Shown: piece by piece, positions 9,345 through 16,802 of the stretch | How the letters are laid out: every line of letters starts with the position of its first letter | How positions within the stretch are numbered: the first letter of the stretch is position 1 | NCBI RefSeq assembly: GCF_014696225.1 | Contig: NZ_JACJPV010000003.1 | Coordinates: 104,190-136,189, forward strand | Reading direction: 5' to 3' | DNA from: Anabaena sp. FACHB-1237 | GTDB lineage: Bacteria > Cyanobacteriota > Cyanobacteriia > Cyanobacteriales > Nostocaceae | DNA: 32,000 bases | Position numbers and translations under genes: made by a program | The notes under the pieces: model-generated | Told to the model about the DNA's origin: nothing | Databases searched by the model: none | What the model saw: the letters and a program-made list of their open reading frames with translations, nothing else

Positions 9345-10327
9345 AATTACCAATTTACACAGGTACAGGAAACCGTCAAGGAGAACTACCCAAACAACTT
9401 CCAAATTCTTCCCTTTCTCGATTACTCAATCCAGAAAAATACATTGCTGATCAAGGTTTGCGAGATGCTTGTAATGTGGCATTATTATTAGGACAACCTT
9501 TATTACTCACTGGAGAACCAGGAACAGGAAAAACTCAATTAGCTTATAGTCTCGCTTGGGAATTGGGACTTGGTGAAGTTTTAAAATTTGAAACTAAATC
9601 TACTAGTATTGCGCGGGATTTGTTCTATACTTATGATGCCTTAAAGCGATTTCAAAATGTACAAACTGGCTTTGCTTCCACTCAAATTTTAGATTACATC
9701 ACTTATCAAGCATTAGGAAAAGCAATTTTATGTACTCGCAATTTGGAAGAAGTTAAAGAATTTTTACCATTAGAATTTTCTGATAATGGACAGAAGCGTT
9801 CTGTAGTTTTAATTGATGAAATTGATAAAGCACCCCGTGATTTTCCCAATGATTTACTTAATGAATTGGAATTGATGTATTTTCGGATTCCAGAATTAGG
9901 TAATCAAAAAATAGAAGCAGATGCAAAATTGCAACCAATTGTAATTATTACTAGCAATTCGGAAAAAGATTTACCAGATGCTTTTCTGCGACGTTGTATT
10001 TATTATCATCTGCCTTTTCCTGATAATGAACGACTGAAGAATATTATTGCTAATCGGTTAGGAATGAATATTAATGATCCCTTTTTGCAATCAGCTATTA
10101 GTTTATTTGAAAAATTACGTAAAAGTGGTTTGAACAAGCAACCTGGAACTGCTGAATTATTAAGCTGGATTGTTGCTTTACAAAGGTTTAGTAGTATTCC
10201 AGATAATCTTTTAATTCAACTTAATGCTGATTTAATTAACTCTACTCTCAGTAGCTTAATTAAAACTCAAAATGATCAAGAAAAAGCTAAAAAGGTTGTA
10301 GAACAATGGATAAAAGAACAGAAATAG
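9341..10327 (+). CDS. MoxR-class AAA+ ATPase
   Basis: Walker A is LLLTGEPGTGKTQLA and Walker B is VVLIDEIDKAP. Sensor-1 is IVIITSN, and an Arg-rich FLRRC follows. The start is taken as the ATG at 9341, which overlaps the upstream stop (ATGA), rather than the ORF-track start at 9260. Confidence 0.85.
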   Translation: MKLPIYTGTGNRQGELPKQLPNSSLSRLLNPEKYIADQGLRDACNVALLLGQPLLLTGEPGTGKTQLAYSLAWELGLGEVLKFETKSTSIARDLFYTYDALKRFQNVQTGFASTQILDYITYQALGKAILCTRNLEEVKEFLPLEFSDNGQKRSVVLIDEIDKAPRDFPNDLLNELELMYFRIPELGNQKIEADAKLQPIVIITSNSEKDLPDAFLRRCIYYHLPFPDNERLKNIIANRLGMNINDPFLQSAISLFEKLRKSGLNKQPGTAELLSWIVALQRFSSIPDNLLIQLNADLINSTLSSLIKTQNDQEKAKKVVEQWIKEQK

Positions 10328-13182
10328 AAGATAACTTAGATTGGCTAAATCCTGATGTTTTGCTAGAGTTTATTGATAATCTGAGAAACGCAGGTTATAA
10401 TATCGGCATATCTCAATATATTGCAGCACAGGATTTAATTTTGATTCTGACTTCTCAGGGTGAAAATTTGGATAATCCAGAAAATTTGAGAAATTTACTA
10501 GCACCAATATTTTGCAGTTCACCAACTGAACAGGAACAATTTAACCAGTATTTTGATAGCTCTTTTAAATCTGTTCATAAAATTAGTGATTTACAAGAAG
10601 AAACAACACTAGAAAACCCAATATCTTTAGAAGATGAGAAAAAACTAAAATCTCGTTCTCTTTTGTTAATCTTAATTTTGTTAATCTTAATAGTTATTGT
10701 TGCATCAGGAATCCCTTTATTTTTAAAATTCAGTGGTTCTGATAATAATACACCAGGTACAGGTTCTACTAAAACACCAACACCTATTCCTATACCATCA
10801 ACATTACCAACAACAAAACCTACCAATATACCAGATAAAACTTCTATAAGTTGTACTGATAACAAACCCCCAAATCCTATTAACTGGCCAAGAGAAATAG
10901 CATTTTTCTTAACTCCTGCTACTGTGTTTTTTATTATTAGAATGTGGTGGTTTTGGTTAAGTCGTCAGTTGTTTTTACGACGTTATGGAACTACAACTCA
11001 ACCTGAATTACAGAATATTTCTATTGCTGATTTTGATATTGAGCAAGAATTATTCCCAACAATGATTTTTATGCAAATCGCTCGCAATCTCAGACGACGT
11101 ATTTCCATTCCTTCTAATGAATTAGATATAGAAAAAACTATTGATGCAACTTTGCGTCAAGGAGGATATTTAAAACCAATATATCGTAATTATCAAATAC
11201 TTCCAGAATATTTGTTTTTAGTTAATCGTACCAGTTTTCAAGATCATCAAGCTCAATTTATAGAAGAAATAATTAAGCGTCTTAAACAAGAAAATGTTTT
11301 AATTACCAGTTATTTTTTTGATGATGATCCTTTAATTTGTTTTCCTAGTCAGGGAGAAAGTTCTCCTCTCAGACTGGAGGAAATTATCCGTAAATATCAT
11401 CAGCATTATCTAATTTTAGTTTCAGATACAGAGAATTTTTTTAGTATTATTAGTGGTGAATTAGAACCTTGGGTAAGTGAATTAATAAATTGGCAAAGTC
11501 GAGCTTTTCTTACTCCCAAACCCATAAATAATTGGGGTTATCAAGAGTTTCAAATAGCTCAACAATTCATCATTTTACCTGCTACACCAGCAGGGTTACA
11601 GTTATTTAGCCTATTTAGCCAAAAATCCTGGAATCAAGATACATTGAAGTTTTTATTTTTGCAGGAGACAAGTTCAGCAATACCCATACCACAAACGCTG
11701 CGACTTCAATCTTATCGCTGGTTACAACGTAATTCTCCAGAACCGGAAAAAATTGCAACAATGCTAATTTCTCTACGGGAATATTTAGGTGATGATAGTT
11801 TTTATTGGTTTTGTGCTTGTGCTGTTTTTCCTGAGTTGCAATGGAATATAACTATTTATTTGGGTAATGTGCTGAAAACAGAGTTAGGAAAATCTCTTTT
11901 AGAGGTTGATTCTTTGACTACTTTAGCTCGTTTACCTTGGTTTCGTTCTGGTTATATTCCTGACTGGTTGCGTGTTTATTTGATTAAAGAATTGACTCAG
12001 AAACAAGAACAGGAAATTAGAACGGCGCTAAAAAATTTACTCAATCAGGTTAATGATACTTCTGAAAATAAGTTGAAGTTATCAATAGTCAAAACATCTG
12101 TAAAAACTATTGCTGAAGATGGTCTATTAAAAGATTACCTGTTTCTGGATTTTATGACTAAACCATCTTTACTTGATTTTAAAGTACCAGAAAAGTTTAA
12201 TAAGTTATTACCAAAATCCAAAAATCAAGGTTCTAAAAAAACACAAATCAACCGCAGACGATTTTTGCAGATGCTTGGGTTAGGAAGTGCAGGTTTTGTT
12301 GCAGCAGTAGCAGGTAATCAGGTTTTGAAACCGAAAGAACCTACAATAGCTTCTCGTAATTGCAAGTTTGAGGTATTAACAGTAAATTCTCAAGGACAAA
12401 TTATCTCCCGTGTCTTTAGTCAAGCAACGTTTTTTACTGAAGATTTGGGTAATGATATTACTTTGGAGATGGTGGAGATTCCTGGTGGTTCTTTTAATAT
12501 GGGTTCACCAGAGTCAGAAAAGGGTTGGAATAATAATGAAAGTCCACAACATGAGGTAAATGTACCTGCTTTTGCTATGGGTAAATTTGCGGTGACTCAG
12601 GAACAGTATCAACAAGTTATGGGCGAGAATCCTTCTGGGTTTAAAGGAGCAAAACGTCCTGTAGAAACCGTTTCTTGGAATGATGCGGACAAGTTTTGTA
12701 AGAAGCTGAATCAAATTACTCAAAAAACTGGACGTAGTTACAGATTACCCAGTGAGGCAGAATGGGAATATGCTTGTCGTGCAGGGACGACTACACCCTT
12801 TCATTTTGGGGAAACGATTACCAGTGACTTAGCTAATTATGACGGCACTGTGACTTATGCTTCTGAGGCACAAGGTATATATAGAAAACAGACAACAGAT
12901 GTCGGTAGTTTTGCGCCTAATAGCTTTGGTTTGTATGATATGCATGGTAATGTTTGGGAATGGTGTCAAGATAATTGGCATGATAATTATAAAAATGCGC
13001 CTAAAAATGGTAGTGCTTGGACTAGCCAAAGCGATGATAGACAAGTGCTGCGTGGTGGTTCGTGGTTCAGCCTTCCTGATAACTGCCGTTCTGCCATCCG
13101 CAGCAACTACTTCAACCGCGATAACAGGAGCATCGATTTCGGCTTTCGCGTTGTTTGTCTTGTCGTAGCGAGGACTTTTTAG
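10306..13182 (+). CDS. DGR target protein: CoxE-like N-terminal module, two TM helices flanking a Pro/Thr-rich loop, a large central domain, an internal Tat-signal-like TM segment, and a C-terminal FGE-sulfatase (C-type-lectin fold) domain carrying the VR
   Basis: 958 aa. The start overlaps the MoxR gene by 22 nt. The N-terminus LLEFIDNLRNAGYNIGISQYIAAQDL...EQFNQYFDSSF resembles the helical N-module of CoxE-type partners of MoxR/CoxD ATPases. TM segments are SLLLILILLILIVIVASGIPLFL and IAFFLTPATVFFIIRMWWFWL. An internal NRRRFLQMLGLGSAGFVAAVAG is also present. FGE-sulfatase motifs are IPGGSFNMGSP, ETVSWNDADKFC, LPSEAEWEYACRAGT, YDMHGNVWEWCQD and RGGSW...GFRVV. Confidence 0.85.
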   Translation: MDKRTEIEDNLDWLNPDVLLEFIDNLRNAGYNIGISQYIAAQDLILILTSQGENLDNPENLRNLLAPIFCSSPTEQEQFNQYFDSSFKSVHKISDLQEETTLENPISLEDEKKLKSRSLLLILILLILIVIVASGIPLFLKFSGSDNNTPGTGSTKTPTPIPIPSTLPTTKPTNIPDKTSISCTDNKPPNPINWPREIAFFLTPATVFFIIRMWWFWLSRQLFLRRYGTTTQPELQNISIADFDIEQELFPTMIFMQIARNLRRRISIPSNELDIEKTIDATLRQGGYLKPIYRNYQILPEYLFLVNRTSFQDHQAQFIEEIIKRLKQENVLITSYFFDDDPLICFPSQGESSPLRLEEIIRKYHQHYLILVSDTENFFSIISGELEPWVSELINWQSRAFLTPKPINNWGYQEFQIAQQFIILPATPAGLQLFSLFSQKSWNQDTLKFLFLQETSSAIPIPQTLRLQSYRWLQRNSPEPEKIATMLISLREYLGDDSFYWFCACAVFPELQWNITIYLGNVLKTELGKSLLEVDSLTTLARLPWFRSGYIPDWLRVYLIKELTQKQEQEIRTALKNLLNQVNDTSENKLKLSIVKTSVKTIAEDGLLKDYLFLDFMTKPSLLDFKVPEKFNKLLPKSKNQGSKKTQINRRRFLQMLGLGSAGFVAAVAGNQVLKPKEPTIASRNCKFEVLTVNSQGQIISRVFSQATFFTEDLGNDITLEMVEIPGGSFNMGSPESEKGWNNNESPQHEVNVPAFAMGKFAVTQEQYQQVMGENPSGFKGAKRPVETVSWNDADKFCKKLNQITQKTGRSYRLPSEAEWEYACRAGTTTPFHFGETITSDLANYDGTVTYASEAQGIYRKQTTDVGSFAPNSFGLYDMHGNVWEWCQDNWHDNYKNAPKNGSAWTSQSDDRQVLRGGSWFSLPDNCRSAIRSNYFNRDNRSIDFGFRVVCLVVARTF
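13042..13172 (+). repeat. DGR variable repeat (VR) at the 3' end of the target gene
   Basis: 131 nt homologous to TR 14857-14984. All substitutions map to adenines of the TR, and there is one extra in-frame codon. It encodes [43 protein letters not shown]. Confidence 0.93.
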
Positions 13183-13420
13183 CTCTTTGCACTCTTGCGC
13201 TTTTGCGCTATACTCTTTCTTTTCTTTCTTCTATGTCGAGCGTAGCGAGAAAAATTTTTTTTGTCAGAATCAGGATGTCCAGGATGTAAGGATTTACAGG
13301 ATGGGTTGATAGTTTTATGGATGGGTTTTTAGATTAAAATTATTATTAAGTGATATTTAACCAAAATAGTATATAATATATAAGTTGTAAATAATCAAGT
13401 CAAAATTTTTCATAAATTCA

Positions 13421-13783
13421 ATGAGCGAATTATCCATTATCCAAAAAACCTACGATTTGATTAAATGGTATGTACCAATTATCAATCGTCTTCCTAAAGA
13501 GCATAAATTTACACTAGGTGATAGAATGATCAATAGTTTATATGAACTACTAGATGGGTTAATTATTGCTCGGTATGCTAAGGAAAAATTGACAAAATTA
13601 GAGGTGTTAAATAGTCAGTTAGATATTCTCCGCTATCAAACGCGATTATTATTAGATTTTCAATTAATTCCTGGTCATCGTTATGAATATGTGGGAAAAT
13701 CAATTAATGATATTGGTATGGAATTAGGTGGCTGGATTAAAGAACAAAATAAAAGCAAGAGTATTAATCTTAAAACAAAATGA
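13421..13783 (+). CDS. avd: DGR accessory variability determinant (Avd, four-helix-bundle protein)
   Basis: 120 aa. The motifs [30 protein letters not shown]...[11 protein letters not shown]...[10 protein letters not shown] match the Avd/four-helix-bundle family pattern. The stop overlaps the RT start (ATGA). Confidence 0.85.
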   Translation: MSELSIIQKTYDLIKWYVPIINRLPKEHKFTLGDRMINSLYELLDGLIIARYAKEKLTKLEVLNSQLDILRYQTRLLLDFQLIPGHRYEYVGKSINDIGMELGGWIKEQNKSKSINLKTK

Positions 13784-14838
13784 AACGATACGGTAATCTT
13801 TATTCTCAAATTGTTGATTTTGAAAATATCCTCACAGCCAGCAAAAAAGCCCAAAAAAGTAAGCGATTTCGCCCAAATGTTCTGGAATTTAATTATAATT
13901 TAGAAAGTAACCTCAACAAATTACAACAAGATTTAGTCAACAAAATTTATCAACCAGGTGAATATAGAACATTTTATATTAAAGAACCAAAAACTCGGAT
14001 GATTTCTGCTGCACCATACCGAGATAGGATAGTTCACCATGTCTTATGTAATATTATTATGCCTTTAATTGAACCAACATTTATTGGTGATTCCTATGCA
14101 AATCGTCAGGGTTTTGGTACTCATCGTGCTTTACGTCGGTTTGTAAAGTTTGCTCGTTCTAATCGCTATGTTCTTCAATGTGATATTGAGAAATATTTTC
14201 CTAGTATTGACCATGAAATTCTCAAGATTTTGTTACGACGTAAATTAAAATGTCCTGATACATTGTGGTTAATAGATACTTTAATTGATAATAGTAATGA
14301 ACAATTTTCAGTAGTTGACCATTTTCCAGGAGATAAATTATTAGAACCATTACAAAGACGACGCGGTTTACCCATTGGTAATTTAACCAGTCAGTTTTTT
14401 GCTAATGTTTATCTCAACTATTTTGATCATTTTATTAAAGAACAGCTAAAAATTGAGAAATATTTACGTTATGTGGATGATTTTGCTTTGTTTTCTAATG
14501 ATAGGGAATTGTTAGTTGATGCTAGATATGCTATTGAAGAACACTTAGCAGGATTAAGGCTTAAAATTCATCCTACAAAAAGTCAATTATTTGAAACAAA
14601 ACATGGTGCTAATTTTTTAGGTTTTCGTATTTTACCAAACCAGATTCGAGTCCGCACAGAAAATTTGCGTCGGGCAAAACGCAGAATAAAAAAAATGCAG
14701 GATGACTATATTGATGGTAAGATTAGTTTAGAAAAAGTATCCCAATCAATTCAAAGTTGGTTTGCTCATTTAGAGCATGGGGATACGTGGCAATTAAAAC
14801 AACAGCTATTTGCTACTCTCACTTGGATGAGAGGGTAA
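13780..14838 (+). CDS. DGR-type reverse transcriptase
   Basis: 352 aa with RT motifs [28 protein letters not shown] (the DGR-typical [ILV]GxxxSQ), YVDDF (YxDD catalytic), KIHPTKSQ and FLGFRI. It lies between avd and the TR. Confidence 0.92.
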   Translation: MKRYGNLYSQIVDFENILTASKKAQKSKRFRPNVLEFNYNLESNLNKLQQDLVNKIYQPGEYRTFYIKEPKTRMISAAPYRDRIVHHVLCNIIMPLIEPTFIGDSYANRQGFGTHRALRRFVKFARSNRYVLQCDIEKYFPSIDHEILKILLRRKLKCPDTLWLIDTLIDNSNEQFSVVDHFPGDKLLEPLQRRRGLPIGNLTSQFFANVYLNYFDHFIKEQLKIEKYLRYVDDFALFSNDRELLVDARYAIEEHLAGLRLKIHPTKSQLFETKHGANFLGFRILPNQIRVRTENLRRAKRRIKKMQDDYIDGKISLEKVSQSIQSWFAHLEHGDTWQLKQQLFATLTWMRG

Positions 14839-14856
14839 AGAAGGGATGGGCAGCCC

Positions 14857-14984
14857 CAAGTGCTGCGTGGTGGTTCGTGGAACAACAATCCTGAAAACTG
14901 CCGTTCTGCCAACCGCAACAACAACAACCGCGATAACAGGAACAACAATATCGGCTTTCGCGTTGTTTGTCTTGTCGTAGCGAG
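14857..14984 (+). repeat. DGR template repeat (TR)
   Basis: 128 nt starting 19 nt after the RT stop. It is rich in AAC/AAT codons in the VR reading frame (AAC AAC AAT ... AAC CGC AAC AAC AAC AAC ... AAC AAC AAT) and identical to the VR at every non-A position. Confidence 0.93.
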
Positions 14985-15285
14985 CGCTCTTTTGTACCAG
15001 AACTGACGGATGTGAATGCGTTAGGCGTGTCAAAGAAGAGTCCAGACCTGTTCCTGTGATGTTGGTGACAACATCCGAAAATCAAACTCGGTGGGGTAGC
15101 TTAGTAAGTTTGCTGAAAGGTTGCTTCACCCTCTAAATAGGGCTTGCTGAATAAATGTAAAACCTAGATAAATCAAGGGTTTGAGGTGGAAAATAAGGAA
15201 ATAGATGCAAGATTTTCAAGGGGGAGACTCTGAAAAGCGTGCATTTTGGGTTGAATAAATCACAAAATTGAGGGATCGCAGATAG

Positions 15286-15451
15286 TCCTTTCCTCTTACC
15301 GGCCTCCACACAGGTAAAACGGGTGGTTCTTGGCGGCGTTTTCTCAATGATGCGGGATATTAGGTTGCATAAACCCCATCCTCAAAATATTCTGAAACGA
15401 TATCAGATTGAACAGATTATTGAGATTCTCCAAGGGGAAGAATTGTTATGA
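15286..15451 (+). pseudogene. Possible degraded HicA-family toxin remnant (frameshifted)
   Basis: Two adjacent frames read ...GLHTGKTGGSWRRFLNDAGY* and (+1) ...IRLHKPHPQNILKRYQIEQIIEILQGEELL*. Joined, they resemble the HicA core (G..GSH...(V)P.HP..(I/L)K....(I).(I)(L)KQ.G). There is no intact N-terminus or start. Confidence 0.3.
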
Positions 15452-15487
15452 ATAATATGATGGAAGATAGGATTTAAAAGGTGTAAT

Positions 15488-16429
15488 TTAATTAACACGC
15501 CGACGTAATACTTCTAATAGGGTTTGAAAGCTAGGAGGAGGAGGAGCGATCGCTTCTATCCATTCTTGGGAAATAGGATGTTGTAACCGCAGTTTCCAAG
15601 CGTGTAATGCTTGTCCTGGAATATTGACTCCTAAAGAACGTCCAGAACCATACACAGGATCACCTATGATGGGATGTCCGATTTTGCTAATATGTACTCT
15701 AATTTGATGGGTTCTTCCTGTTTCTAAACGAAAATACATTAATGTATAATTTCCTAATCTTTCTTCAATGCGCCAATGAGTAACTGCACTACGTCCTCCT
15801 GACTCTAGGGGAACGATGGCCATTTTTTTGCGATCTTGGGGATGACGGCCAATGGGTAGGTCTATTGTCCCACTGTTGGTTTTGGGGACTCCATATACTA
15901 AGCCTAAATATTCTCTTCTGGCGGTTTTTGCTTGTAATTGTGCTTGTAGATGTTGATAAGCTAGGTCTGTTTTAGCGATCGCTATTGCTCCTGTGGTATC
16001 TTTGTCTAATCTATGAACTATTCCAGGGCGTTGTATTCCACCTATTCCTGGTAAATTGGGGCAGTGAGATAATAGAGCGTTTACTAACGTTCCATCATGG
16101 TGTCCAGGTGCAGGATGAACTACTAAACCCGCAGGTTTGTTGAGAATGAGGAGTTGATCATCTTCATAGAGGATATCTAAGGGGATATTTTGGGCTGTGA
16201 TTTGTAAAGGTTGACTTTCAGGGATTGTGATGATGATGCGATCGCCAATTTTGAGTTTATCTTTTTTAGAAGTGCAAATTTTACCATTGACTTGTACGCA
16301 ATTGTCACTAATTAATTGCTGAATACGAGAACGTGAGAAATCTGATAATGTTTCTGATAAATACCGATCTAAACGTTCACAATTAACAGTAACTTGAATA
16401 TCAATTACAGAATTAATGACAGACATCAT
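15488..16429 (-). CDS. rluD: RluA-family 23S rRNA pseudouridine synthase (RluD-like)
   Basis: 313 aa. It has an N-terminal S4-like domain (RLDRYLSE...QVNGK) and the catalytic motif HRLDKDTTG. GRTHQIRVH is also present. Confidence 0.9.
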   Translation of the reverse strand: MMSVINSVIDIQVTVNCERLDRYLSETLSDFSRSRIQQLISDNCVQVNGKICTSKKDKLKIGDRIIITIPESQPLQITAQNIPLDILYEDDQLLILNKPAGLVVHPAPGHHDGTLVNALLSHCPNLPGIGGIQRPGIVHRLDKDTTGAIAIAKTDLAYQHLQAQLQAKTARREYLGLVYGVPKTNSGTIDLPIGRHPQDRKKMAIVPLESGGRSAVTHWRIEERLGNYTLMYFRLETGRTHQIRVHISKIGHPIIGDPVYGSGRSLGVNIPGQALHAWKLRLQHPISQEWIEAIAPPPPSFQTLLEVLRRRVN

Positions 16430-16802
16430 AGAAAATAGATAAAACTACTGATTTGACTTAGTGATCTTATCACAAAATTTAGGGTAATTAGTAAGGACTG
16501 AGAATTGAGGGATGGACATGGAAGATTAAAATCATGAAGAATAAAAAGAAACAGATATAGATAACTGTGTTATTGTTGCTATTGGGTGACTACTGATTAA
16601 TTACAGATAATTTAATATTTACTTCAATTTTTCATGAGAAATTTAAGATACTTTTTTATTTTACGAAGAAATATATAGTAACCTAGTGATATAACATCCC
16701 CAATTTATGATATTACTTGATCATTTATTGACAATAGTAAAAAACCAGTTAGGGGTGTGAAATTTTGTTGTTTTTTAACTCATTTAACTCATTTTTAACA
16801 AT

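Larger units (their letters stand above)
13042..14984 (+). mobile_element. Diversity-generating retroelement cassette (VR - avd - RT - TR)
   Basis: Combination of the four elements above, all in one orientation. Confidence 0.92.

Noticed and set aside
10575-13168. Internal or antisense ORFs within the receptor gene (10575-10865 minus, 12514-12723 minus, 12829-13044 minus, 12857-13168 plus)
   Set aside because: These are shadow ORFs inside a long, well-supported CDS with clear FGE-sulfatase motifs. Their translations are low-complexity or hydrophobic with no motifs.
13042-13182. A second DGR target (additional VR) in this window
   Set aside because: The invariant TR flank cgtggtggttcgtgg occurs only at the VR (13051) and TR (14866) in this window. 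Other targets elsewhere in the genome cannot be excluded.
14766-15085. Three overlapping minus-strand ORFs (60, 75 and 88 aa) in the ORF track
   Set aside because: They lie on the antisense of the DGR template repeat and its flank. They stay open only because the AAC-rich TR reads as GTT-rich, stop-free sequence on the other strand. They have no start context and no recognisable motifs.
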